Shown here: positions 51,034 through 64,000 of the stretch, piece after piece
How positions within the stretch are numbered: the stretch's first letter is position 1
How the letters are laid out: every line of letters begins with the position of its first letter
NCBI GenBank assembly: GCA_025201805.1
Contig: MU619307.1
Location: 1-64,000, forward strand
Length of the DNA: 64,000 nt
Direction of reading: 5' to 3'
DNA from: Parasitella parasitica NRRL 2501
Lineage: Eukaryota; Fungi; Mucoromycota
The notes under the pieces: model-generated
The model's input: the letters and a program-made list of their open reading frames with translations, nothing else
Database searches by the model: none
What the model was told of the DNA's origin: nothing
Position numbers and translations under genes: made by a program

Positions 51034-52647
51034 ATGGCATTTTCCTATTTAGAAGGCGGCAAATCCTTGGAGGGAGTAGCAGCATCTTCAATGGAAATTC
51101 TGCATAATGAATCAAGCTTTTCTTACTCGTCAGAGTCGTCCTTGTCTACCTACTCCTCTATTGTAAATGATAGCCAAGAACAGCATCAGTTTATTCTTCG
51201 AAGATTGGGCATCTCTTCACAAGGTCTTGCACAGCACATCTTGAAAGCCAAAAATGACCATCAGCCACTCTGGCTTACAACTACATTGGACGCTTCTCGC
51301 AATCAGATCATATCTATACCATCTGCTGTAGAGCAGTTTACAAATTTAGCGCTATTAAACCTATCCTGCAATAATATATCAGTCATACCAGAGGCCATTC
51401 TTGACTTGCATCAGCTGCAGCAACTCTACCTATCGGAAAACAAAATAGATGCCATTCCTGAAGCAATGCCAATGTGTATGATGGAGCTGAGAGTACTGAA
51501 TTTGGACGGCAACCGCATCAAAATGCTCCCAGAGAGCATTGGGCATTGGAAAAAGCTGCGCGAGTTTCGACTAGGCTCGGAATATGGTGGCAATAGGATA
51601 AAACTTCTTCCTAATGCAGTGTCTGAAATGCAAGCGTTGGTGGAGTTGGATCTTTCCTTCAATAGTTTACAAAATATTGGCATGCTGCAAGGTTTACATA
51701 AACTCAAATATCTTGATCTAAGTCATAACCGCCTAAAGTATCTGCCCTTGGTTGAGGATTGCTCTCAATTGGCCACGCTAGACGTGTCAGACAACCTGAT
51801 ACGAACAATACCATATACAGCCGCAAATAACGTGCTACAATTGATGCTGCACTGCGAACTGCAATTACTCAATTTGAGCAACAACAGACTAGACGTTATA
51901 CCAACAGAACTATTAGACCAGGTACAGACCCAAGTAATTATTCTTGGAAATCCGTTAGCCTCTTATCAGCAGCAAGATAGCTTGCTAGAAGAAGACGCGG
52001 ATGAACAAAGCAGCCAAGATCCACTATCGCAGGATAATAATAATACGCACCGAATCGTAAGGGATTTGATGCAAACAGCTATGCCCATAACGGATTATCA
52101 TCAGAGTGACGCAGCAATCTTTCCAATGGGAGACCAAGGGCCCTCGATGCATGATACTTACACAGAGCAAATTGAGGAGCAAGTTCATGAACCATCCTAT
52201 TTATTGCATTCATTGAGAGAAATAGCCCTAAGGGCTGTTGCTTCTAGAGACACTCAGCTGCTGCTCTCAGAGGTGCCTGAGCATTTAGCACTGGACATCC
52301 GGGAAAACTTACGACTCTGTCCTCAATGTCATTCCCCATTTTTACACGAATGGGTCAGTACAGCCCAATTAAAGACTTACCAAGGACATCGATCTGTAGC
52401 TCGACAGGTGCGCTTCTGCAGCACAACCTGTTGGACTTTTTATAGGGACACGCTGCAACAAGAGGCACTTGCTGCACAAAGCGAGGTTCATCTCAGGCAG
52501 CAGCAAGAAGACGCACTTGCCTATATGGCTCAACACAGAAACGTACTAGAGCCTGGTTCCTTTGAATGGGTGATGGCTGCAAGTTTGGCAGCAACTGCGC
52601 AGGACGAACAGGCCGATTTATTAGCAAATGTTACAATGATGATGTGA
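51034..52647 (+). CDS. Leucine-rich repeat protein with C-terminal BC-box-like and Cys-rich region
   Basis: About 9 LxxLxLxxNxL repeats; SLREIALRAV...VPEHL...CPQC...FCSTTC. Confidence 0.88.
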   Translation: MAFSYLEGGKSLEGVAASSMEILHNESSFSYSSESSLSTYSSIVNDSQEQHQFILRRLGISSQGLAQHILKAKNDHQPLWLTTTLDASRNQIISIPSAVEQFTNLALLNLSCNNISVIPEAILDLHQLQQLYLSENKIDAIPEAMPMCMMELRVLNLDGNRIKMLPESIGHWKKLREFRLGSEYGGNRIKLLPNAVSEMQALVELDLSFNSLQNIGMLQGLHKLKYLDLSHNRLKYLPLVEDCSQLATLDVSDNLIRTIPYTAANNVLQLMLHCELQLLNLSNNRLDVIPTELLDQVQTQVIILGNPLASYQQQDSLLEEDADEQSSQDPLSQDNNNTHRIVRDLMQTAMPITDYHQSDAAIFPMGDQGPSMHDTYTEQIEEQVHEPSYLLHSLREIALRAVASRDTQLLLSEVPEHLALDIRENLRLCPQCHSPFLHEWVSTAQLKTYQGHRSVARQVRFCSTTCWTFYRDTLQQEALAAQSEVHLRQQQEDALAYMAQHRNVLEPGSFEWVMAASLAATAQDEQADLLANVTMMM

Positions 52648-52733
52648 TATCAATAAAGTCCTTGACCTGTCCCTCCTAACATGGAGCATCTGTAGCTCGA
52701 CGTGATCGGGGCAGCAGTTTCTTTGCGCTGTCT

Positions 52734-53348
52734 TTAGCAAGCATACTTTTCAGACACAAGTTGCAATGTGGAATTAACCTTGTTTTCTAGATTCTGCATA
52801 AAAGCCTCGGGCGCAACATAATCCTCTTTCTTTGTGGCATTATCGCGAAAGTAATCAACACTGTAGACATTGTTGACTTCAATCTTGTCGATTTCATCAA
52901 ACAAAACATCCAACTCTCTAGCCGCTTCTTGGTTTTTACGCATCTGTCTATAGTAAATGATTTGACAGCTATACGTTTCAATGAGGATTAGGGATGCATG
53001 CTACAACGCTGGACTACAAAGTTACCTAACCATGCCGCGAAGTTTTCCCAACGCTTTTCCGACGACAAGCCCTTCCGCATATCCTCTATCAAAGCCTCTC
53101 TGCATATTGACTTCTTTTCCCTCGACAATGCCTTCTTTATAGCCAGTCTAACACACATGGCCTTTTTAATAATAATAATAATAATAATAAAAAAGAAAAC
53201 CATCGATCCGTTTGTCTCGGCCACTTACATTGCCATGGTCTTCTTGCAGGCGCTCCCATTCATTTTCTGCAAGACTCCTCTCGTAGTTCTCTGGTTCTTC
53301 ATTGTCGCTGTTTGCCCAGATATCATCGTCAATGTCTGTGTGTCCCAT
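52734..53348 (-). CDS. YAE1: Yae1-family protein (Fe-S delivery to Rli1), 3 exons
   Basis: EWERLQEDHGN|GYKEGIVEGKEVNMQRGFDRGYAEG GxxxG repeat pattern after splicing. Confidence 0.8.
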
Positions 53349-53748
53349 CTTGTTATAAAAAAAAAAAAAAAAGCCCTGCCAGGAAAATTTTGCTCATTTT
53401 ATCTAATCATGCTTCAAGCTCAGAAAAAACTGGCATGAGGCCAATTTCAAAATGTAGTAAATATGATATGTGTGAAAATGCTCCAATGATTGCAATCAAG
53501 ATGATGTCAAATGAATTGAATGATACAGCCTCGGCTTCACTTGATTCGTCAGATTAGACTTGAACTTGCTGACCTGAACATTGGCACTCGCTATACCGTA
53601 TTATTACATATGTGGTAGACATCCAAGGCGGGAACACAAATCAACCGAGGAAGAGGGAAAGGGAGAAAATTTTTAGGTTATTGTGTCCCTTTTCCCCATC
53701 TGTGCAATACCCTTCTTTACGCTCCTTTAATAGCATTTTGTGTTGAAA

Positions 53749-54948
53749 ATGAAAGTGAAAATCGCCATCTCTGAGCCAGCAGAAGTGACCGATCCTCTCA
53801 TCACAGAACTGGCGTCTTTTATAGCAAAGAGTAAGCGTGCTCTAGTGATTACTGGTGCAGGCATTTCCTGTAGCAGTGGTATTCCTGTATGTTTACGTGT
53901 GTGTAAACACAGCAACAGCAACTGACTCCAGTCTTTGTAGGACTTTCGCTCGGCAGATGGGCTATACAACATTGTAAAGCAACGCCATCCTGGAACAGTT
54001 TTACGTGGTAAAGAGCTGTTTGACGCGACATTATTCCGCAACGAAAAGACAATCAAATGCTTTTATACCTTTATGGCAGAGTTGCGCTCGCTTATTGCCA
54101 GTGCCAACCCCACCGCCACCCACGAATTTATTGAATCCATGACAAACAAAGGCCAGTTATTGCGGTGCTACACACAAAATATCGATTTCTTGGAAGAGAA
54201 TTTGAACATCCCTGCCATTCAGCTCCACGGCACTATGAAGCAAGTGCGTTGTACCTTGTGCAGTGCCACCTACGACTTTTCAGACGACTACGAGTCTCAA
54301 TTCCGTGCAGGCGATGCGCCTGCTTGTCCCCAGTGCAAAGATCTTGACGCTGAAAGAACTCGTCTTGGAAAGCGCCAGTTGGCAATGGGCACTCTGCGCC
54401 CAGCTATTGTACTATATAACGAAGAGCATCCCAACGGCGAGTCTATCGGTCAGCTGCAAGTGAACGATTTGAAAAAGAAACCTGATCTCATGATTGTAAT
54501 GGGAACTTCGCTGAAAATCCCTGCCCTGAAGAAATTCATTAAACAAGCTGCACGCATCATCCACTCAAGGCCTGGAGGATGTGTTGTTTTTGTCAACAAA
54601 ACATCCCCAACCAAAGAATGGGACAAGGTGTTTGACTATGAAGTCCTGGGTGACTCTGATGAGTGGGTTGAATTGACAAACGGAAAGCTTTTAAATGACA
54701 AATTGATGACACAAACTGCCAACAGGCTAAAACGAGCTGCAAAAGACCTTGCTGAACAAGACGAAGAAGAAGATGAAGAAGAAAAGGAGAACAAGCCCAT
54801 CGCTAGGAGAGTTGCAAAGGTTTCCATCAAAATGCCCAGCTGCAAACGTCCGCCCTTCAAACGACAGTTATCAAAATCACAAACTACACTTCAAGACTTT
54901 ACTGTGGCAAAACGACGCTGCTCAAGTAAAGCTGCAAAAGCCGTCTAG
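53749..54948 (+). CDS. NAD-dependent deacetylase (sirtuin, Hst3/Hst4-like); intron 53887-53940
   Basis: TGAGISCSSGIP|DFRSADGLY, YTQNID, LHG, CxxC..CxxC, LRPAIVLYNE, VMGTSLKI. Confidence 0.93.
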
Positions 54949-55326
54949 ATGACCAATCTTCCATTGATGGGATATGGGATATACACATGTACTCGCTTGC
55001 TATTTGACATCTTTTCCTCTCTTTTTATTATTTTTATTTCTATATATACAATTCGCTTTTATACATCTATTTTGACATGCCTATTCTTTCTTTATAAATA
55101 CATGAGATGGACATGCTCAAGCATCCGCTCAATAAACTTTTTTTTTTTTTTTTTTGGCTCAGGGAAATGCATGAAAACCTGCTTGCGTGGGACCCTCAAA
55201 AAGTAGCTAGGTGCGTATTTCAGTTCCCCGCTCGCCCCGCCCTATTAAATGGCCTTGGGTGTTTTTTGTTTTTCTTTTTTCATCTCTTGTGCTTGTATAT
55301 ACCACTTGTATATACCAAACTTCTAT

Positions 55327-58300
55327 ATGGCAGGTCTAAAGTCAGGATTAAGACCTGGAGAAGGTGCGCTTCAAAGGACGCCTTCCAAGGTACTTGGGTC
55401 ATGGTTTGCGGTTATTCTAAGCTCTCTGTGTGGCATTGCACTCGCTTTCCATTTCCATTACAAGGTTCCTCTACCTACCAACCATCATGGCTTCAACACG
55501 GACGGAGTGTCGGATTTCTCTGAACATAATGCTGTCAATATCATCTCGCATCTAAGCGATACCATTGGCTATAGTGAGTTCTTTCGACATACGACGCGCA
55601 GTGCAACTGACCGTTCTAAAAACCAACAACAACGCTAGGAATTGTGGGCACACTTGAAGAGAAGCAATCTTTTGACTATATTCAAGACGTAATTTCTCAG
55701 TACAAAAAGGAATCTCAGGGCATTAGTGGGTCACCTGAATTTGACATTTGGGTGCAGCAAGGCACTAGTTCTCATCGTTTTGATATTATGGATAAAAGTA
55801 AGTGCAAGCGCAGAGTGGAATCTTGGGACTCATTAGCGCTTTATGTTTAGTGGTGCTAAAGGCGTACACCAATGTCACAAACATCATTGTACGCTTGTCT
55901 TGTCCAATTGACCCCCAGGACCCCGAAAACAGGGCATGTCAAGACAATGCGGTCCTTTTGAATGCTCATTTTGATACGACATTGGGCTCTCCTGGTGCAA
56001 CAGATGATGGCTCGGGTGTTGCTGTGATGATGGACATTATCCGCGTGCTGAGCAGGCGTAATTGGAATGGGTACAAGAATTCAATTGTATTTTGTAAGTA
56101 TACAACTTTTGTGTTGCGAGATCAAAAGCATTGAACGGGATATTACAGTATTTAATGGCGCCGAAGAGTCACTGCAGGATGCGTCCCATGCATTCATTAC
56201 CATGCATGATATTAAGGACTCGTAAGTAAATCCGTTGTAGTGCTGTATGGCNNNNNNNNNNNNNNNNNNNNNNNNNNNNNNNNNNNNNNNNNNNNNNNNN
56301 NNNNNNNNNNNNNNNNNNNNNNNNNNNNNNNNNNNAGTATCAGGTCTGTCGTGAACATCGATGCTTGTGGTACTACTGGCCGGGAAATCCTATTCCAAGC
56401 TAATTCTCGGGAAATGGTAGAGGCTTACAAGCAGGCGCCTTATCCTCACGGTACAGTCATGGCTAATGATGTATTCCGAACTGGTCTCATTTTATCAGAC
56501 ACTGATTTCAGACAGTTTGTGCAATATGGCAACCTAACCGGTATTGATATGGCCATTTACAAGAACTCTTACTTGTATCACACACATTTGGATATCACAG
56601 AGCACTTGCAGCCTGGCGCTATCCAGCATCTAGGTGCCAACACGCTGGCTATTGTAAACTACCTGGCTCAAAATGCTACTTTGACTGGTATTCAGCCCTC
56701 CAGCGAGGTTGTTTTCTTTGACGTCCAAGGCCAGTTTTTTGTTGTATACTCGTGGGCAACTGCTTACGTAATCCAAATGGGAACTGTCGCCCTGGCTATT
56801 GCGTATTTCGTATTTATTGTGACAAAAACACATTGCTCCTCTCCCTATAGGTCTGTGAGCAATATTGTCATTTCCTATGCTAAATCGACCTTGTCGGTAT
56901 TCTTGAGTATGGTGAGCTCCATGCTATTGCCAATCTCTGTTTCTCTATTGATTACGTTGCCTGCTTTTAACCGCCACATGGCCTGGTTCAAGAATGAATG
57001 GTACGGCGCCTTGATCTTTGGTCCCATGGGCCTTGTTGGCTCCTATATGGTCCAGTATCTGTTTACATTGTTGCCTGGGCCTGAGCATTTTGACATGGAA
57101 TACGGCACCTTCAACTCTTTGATGCTGTGTTTTGCCGCAGGTACTGCCGCCACCACACAAACTGGCGTCGCCAGCTCATATGTATTTTGGCTATTTTGCT
57201 CTGTTCTATTTATTGTTTGCATTTTTAACGAATTCGCCTTGCGCCCTGCTGCTTCCAAGATATACTTGCCCCAAGTCGGCATCTTGGCGTATGTCATTAG
57301 TGGATTTGTGCTTAGCTTTTTATACTCGGATTATGCTTATGCTTTGGTGGATATATTTGTGCCTCTGACAGGTCGTATGGGCGTTGACACCCCTGTGGAT
57401 TTAATCGTTGCATTCATCTATGGCATGATCATCTACATGATTTCGCTGCCTACCGTAGCACACATTCACCGCTTTGGCAACAAAGTGATGAAGAGGGTCA
57501 TCATTTTGTTGCTGCTGGGACAGACCGCTGTCTTGGTAGCTGTTTACGTCGGTGGGGGACAGTATGGTGGTTGGGCTTTCCCTTACGATGAGCTTCATCC
57601 CAAACGTTTGTTTATTCAGCAGCTGAAGAACTTGACGTCTGGTGAGGTCACTGTTGGCGTTGCTCAAGCAGACCATGGACCATACATCCAAACAGTAATC
57701 GACTCGCTTGAGCAAGAGCTACAAGTGGCTCCTGAAATTCGACAAGGAGCCAGCAACATGAATGATTGGGACTCTATCTACCCCTTTAGTGCATTTCTGG
57801 GTGGCTATCGCTTCAATGTCGAGCCGTATATTCGCAAGCATTCCACGCAAGATTTGGCCTCTGCGTCCCTATTTGATTCGCTCAAAGGCCCGTTCCCTGA
57901 GGTAAAAATCCACAACGATTCGTACGATGCTGATACGGGCATCCGCTCATTCTCTCTTGTCTGCTTGTCACCTACTTACACATGGACTGTCATTGCATTT
58001 GATGGCCTCGTTGTCGACTGGAGCATCCAAGACGAGGAGCCCTTAAAGACGCCTTCTCATTACGTTGTGCGCCATGTCAGTGGCTTTGGTAATGATGGCT
58101 GGACGCTGGATTTATCCGTCAGAGTGCCCGAGTCTGAGCGAAAACAAGCTGTTCGTGGAGAATGGAAGATGCAGTTTGAATTCACAGCCTTGGAAAAGGA
58201 GGGCTTTGCAGCCAGAGGAGAGGAGCGACTGATTGGTGGTGTAGGGATCATGGGCGTTATCCAAAAATCGTTGCCCGTCTGGACTACCACCACTTGGCTG

Positions 58301-58330
58301 AGCTCTGTAGTAAAAATCTGGAATTTATAA
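55327..58330 (+). CDS. M28 family membrane metallopeptidase (ERMP1/Fxna-like), multi-exon
   Basis: NAHFDT..SPGATDDGSG, FNGAEE, NIDACG, SDTDFRQF, YLYHT; multiple transmembrane helices. Confidence 0.92.
56252..56335. other. Assembly gap (84 N) inside an intron of the M28 gene
   Basis: Run of N between a GTAAG donor and an AG acceptor. Confidence 0.95.
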
Positions 58331-58530
58331 TAAAGCTGTTTCTTCTGTGTACCATGTACTTGCACCAGAGGCTCTCCCGTTGCAGTGTGTCTACAAAAGA
58401 TTCAACTGCCGAATTATCACATATTATTATAATATAGCAATGCATGCCGTGGGAACCAAAGCTGTCGTATAAAAATCAAGCACTGAATTTCTCACGGCTT
58501 TTCCCTCTTTTCGTTTATTGCACTTGTAAG

Positions 58531-58577
58531 CACACACACACACAAACACACACATACACACACACACACACACACAC
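58531..58577. repeat. (CA)n microsatellite directly before the IVD start codon
   Basis: Imperfect CA run ending ACC-ATG. Confidence 0.9.
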
Positions 58578-58578
58578 C

Positions 58579-60060
<1,482 letters not shown>

Positions 60061-60261
60061 AATTTCCCACTATAATTTCTGGTAGATTCTCTCTCCCCAA
60101 AAAAAGTGCTATACGTTCTTGTTCGCGTTGCTGACTGGAAGCACTGCTACGGCATGTGACTTTAAATAAAATTGATAAATAGGCTATAGATTCCTTCTCT
60201 CTCCCCCACCCCTCATTTCGTTGTTCTTTTCCTCTTTCTTTCCTCTTAAATACATTGAAAA

Positions 60262-60569
60262 ATGAACTTTGAAGATATCGTCGACATGGAGTGGGTAGAC
60301 AGCCATACCACCTTGGATGAAACTAATGAATTTGCCACTGACTACTACTTTGACCACCAACCCGACTTTTTATTGGAGCAGCCCGTAACACCTTCACAAC
60401 CACTGCAGCACTCTGTGATGGAGCCAGAGATCAACATGGAGCCCATTGCCAATATGCCAACAACTGAACAAATTAAACAGCTCATTGAAATTGCAAAGCA
60501 CCAGCTGGCATTACGCGAACAGCTTCAGCAAACGCAGCATCTAACGCAGCATCTAACGCAGCAGCAAAC

Positions 60570-60603
<34 letters not shown>

Positions 60604-61823
60604 GCAGAACAAACGCAGCAACAGCCTTTATTTCAATCCTTATCTACACAGCAACCTGATGTCCACACTGCTGCGCCTTCCACCATTTTTGCCCCCCCTC
60701 CTGTTGTAGCTACTCTTGCCTCTACAACTCCTGCTATGCCAGCTCTTTCTCCAAGCACTGTTGCATCTACTGACATGATTTTAGCACAACTAATGCCAAC
60801 AGCAGCGTTTGAAAACGTTGCTGAAAATGCGAGCCAAACTTCCTTGACTGCGGACGGCAGCAAAGCTAGAAGAGACTCGTTAGCATCGATGGCTGAAGAG
60901 TCCATCTCTTTAGAAGCGTATGCTGAGGCGGATGGCATTGATCTTAAAAAGCTGACGCCCAAAGAGCGCCGTCAGCTTCGTAACAAGATATCTGCTAGAA
61001 ACTTTAGAGTGCGAAGAAAGGGTACAGTAAACAATCAACTTTTCACGCTCCCATGCTGATCAAGCTCTTTTCTTTTTTCTTTTTTTCAGAGTACATTTCC
61101 ACTTTGGAGGGCCAAGTCAATGAACACAAGTTGGTGGCCGAGAACCTAAGGGAGAAGTTGGTTAAAGTGGAAGAAGAAAACAAGAAATTGCGCAAAGAAA
61201 TGGATACATTAAAAAGACAAAACCAAATCTTGCAGCAGCAGCAGCAGCAGCAAAAGAATCCTGCATCGCCACGTATTTCGTCTCCTTTACCCAAGCCTAA
61301 TCTGAATAAGGACATCAGCATTTTAGGCACCAAGGCATCAGATTCCTATCGCCAACAGGACAACTGTATCCTTGTTTCAAATGCTGTCATGCCTGTTTGG
61401 GACTACAGCGCCATTCTTCACAAACAGCCTCCAAAACAATCGCAAGCTGGTCCAGACTATATGAAGCACATTGCTGGTCAATTTATTTTATCGATTGTGC
61501 AACTTGCAAGAAACATGCCTCGTGGAACCAATCAAATAAGCGAAAATGATTACTACAAACCCCTCATGCCTGATGATCGTGATTTCACTTCGTCTACTAC
61601 TTTTGAAAAGGAATCCCCAAACCCAGCATCATCTTTCAATTACCCTTCAACATTTAATTATACTACTGCATTATCAACCTCATTTCCAGCATCACATTCT
61701 ATCCCAACTGCATCTTATATTGAAGATTTATACGACATACTGATTCAATCAGCCTTGATTAACAGCTCAACTGCTGACAAGTCATTTTTGTGGGGCGATA
61801 ACAATACAACTCGAACTATGTAA
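60262..61823 (+). CDS. bZIP transcription factor with poly-Q tracts, 2 exons
   Basis: KERRQLRNKISARNFRVRRK|EYISTLE plus zipper; PKPNLNKD motif. Confidence 0.9.
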
Positions 61824-63840
61824 AGAAAAACTCCCCCCCCCCCTCTCTCTCTTCCTCCCCCCCCCCCTTCTCTCTATGAATAAATTCTTTTTTTTTTGCG
61901 CTACATTATGAAATTGTAAAAACAAATTGCTGGGCTCCTTGATATTCTAACCGTATTAAACCATACCTAAATCCAAAGCAAGGCATTCAAGGGCATCTCC
62001 GCACTAACATTTAAAGTAACTCTGATAAATATTTTGATCATCTAACCAAACATAATGGTGCGACAAAAATGTTCCAAGTTTGATGAAAACGGAAAGTGGC
62101 CAGTACGTTACAACTTACTGGTCAGATGAAGCATTTAAAAATATTAAGCGGTGAAAAACAGTTATTTTCCACGACAAATCACACCAATTGCATTTCTTAC
62201 TTGCCTTATCCAGTCTAGATCTCAAGATCATGTCGCTTTGCTTACCAGTGAACAATAAATATATTATAGTATTCCTGGCGCACAGAGATAATTCTGGAAT
62301 TGGATGAGGGACTTTGAGTCGTTAATATCCATATACTGTATTATAGAAAACTATCGTTATGGTCGGCATTGTCCACTTCCGAAAATATATTCTTTTCAAG
62401 GTAGTTGAGCACTGTCAGTCTGCATCTTTCCGGGGAAAGTTTAAATGTATATTGGGGTTATAAAGGTCTACTGGTGTACTTGGAAAAAGTAATAAGCAGA
62501 CTGTTCACCAACTTTGCTAGCCAAAGTATCTTCTACTTGATTTTCCACGGCAAGTTGAGCCTTAAAACAATTACTTTAATGCAAAGTCGGTGTGAACATC
62601 AAGCTTATGATATGTTAATTTTTTTTTTTTTTTGCTTACTGCGGACGACTAATATCGCATTAAGAGTTGGTTCATTTCTGTGAATGGTTAAAAAAGGAGA
62701 GCAGCCTCTAATAGAGTGTTAAAGCAGCTCATTGGATAAAGACACTGCCGTGATGAAAGATGGCAAAGAACATTTTGGAGGTGAAAATATTCTAAAAGGC
62801 TTATCGACACAATTATCTTATGTTTCATTATTCAACAAATCATAATGTTAGTATTCTTCTATAGGAATGCAGCGCATGCCCAAGTAACTTGTGTATAGCA
62901 TGACATGGCTTTCAGAGACGCAGCATTCATACCATTGCATCAAATGTAAAGGAGAAAACCACCAAGACATAGAGTCAGTAACGCCCTAGACAAAATGCCT
63001 GATGTTGGTGTTTGTACATTAATTACTGTGTGATAAATCATGAGTAAAATGTCAATTTCTATTGTACCTCGATAGCTCCTAAACGCCATGCTTTTGGCTC
63101 TAAGCAAACCCAACAAAATGTATGTACTCTTCATACTTTATCCCTTAATAATTCTTCATAGTCATATTGTCATACATAGCAAACGGTCTGGCATGGCTTG
63201 ACTTTATGCCAAGTGTTGATAGTTAGTACCTTTCTTTCTTTAGCTATAACCAAGCAAAATTACTTGATATGATTATTAAAGAGACTTCTGGTTCCCCTTT
63301 CTAGATTGCTCGGCTCTTATTCACGGTCTTTTTAAATATAACTTGTGATGTGTTGAACATATATATTCATTAGGAGTGTGCTTTGTGACCCATCTTGTTT
63401 TTGTTACAAACGCACGAGATTTTGATATATATCGAGCAATGGAGGAGGCAAGAGATGAAACAATAAATGATACGAGATGATAAACTACAGTGCATACACT
63501 TGTTGGATGTGAAACGGTTGTGCAGTTGGCAAAGTCAAAGTTGAGAGCGATTATATATAGTACGATTAGGACATATCGATTCAGTAGCACTAAGCATGAA
63601 TGTTTATGTATATAAACCTACATACATAGAAACCGGAAAAAAAGAGGGTCTTTTGTATGCTGGATTATATACCCTCCTTTAAAATGTTCTCCTAAATACA
63701 TAAATTCCTTTTAAACTGCTTGTTTGAAAAGAAGAGAGAAATCTTTATTTCTTTCTCTTTTCTTTGTTTATTCATCAACTACTCATACATTTACAACACT
63801 TCATTTTTTTTAGCAACAAAAAAAGAAAAAAAAAAAATTC

Positions 63841-63972
63841 ATGGCTGCGCTTGAGACAGTTTATGCCGTTCATCATTTTGAAGCCGAAAATGATGATGAA
63901 CTCTCATTCCAAATCGGAGAAAAGGTTTTCGTCATTCAGAAAGATGATGGATTTGGTGATGGCTGGTGGAAG
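63841..63972 (+). CDS. First exon of an N-terminal SH3-domain protein (Boi1/Pob1-like), runs past window end
   Basis: MAALETVYAVHHFEAENDDELSFQIGEKVFVIQKDDGFGDGWWK followed by a GTATAT donor. Confidence 0.85.
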
Positions 63973-64000
63973 GTATATACCGTTAGATATTATGGAAAAA

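Noticed and set aside
61991-62000. GGGCATCTCC, resembling the Harbinger TIR core
   Set aside because: Only 10 bp, and no inverted partner found in the window.

Overview
Eukaryotic, AT-rich, gene-dense fungal DNA with many short (about 50-75 nt) GT-AG introns. Gene content and intron style suggest a Mucorales (Mucoromycota) genome (inference). About 24 recognisable protein-coding genes: membrane-anchored GT5-like glycosyltransferase, two bZIP factors, guanylate kinase, F-box/WD40, 3-ketoacyl-CoA thiolase, ALA dehydratase, sphingomyelinase-like EEP, mitochondrial TrpRS, GNAT, ANK-RCC1-BTB, secreted C-type-lectin-like protein, NmrA-like, Sac1, Spt23/Mga2, Pho80/Pcl cyclin, EMC6, arrestin-like, flavin-reductase fusion, LRR, Yae1, sirtuin, M28 peptidase, isovaleryl-CoA dehydrogenase and the start of an SH3 protein. 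The first 3.9 kb is a mobile-element graveyard of LTR-like repeats. It also holds a decayed Fanzor (eukaryotic TnpB-like RNA-guided nuclease) gene that the ORF track misses. A PIF/Harbinger element with both TIRs lies at 10962-12822. The other main find below the ORF cutoff is a 57-aa microprotein gene ending in a polybasic CaaX box (KPKKSKCIIL), with TATA, AATAAA and an upstream cluster of ACAAT/ATTGT motifs. All family assignments come from motif recognition by eye; no database searches were run.
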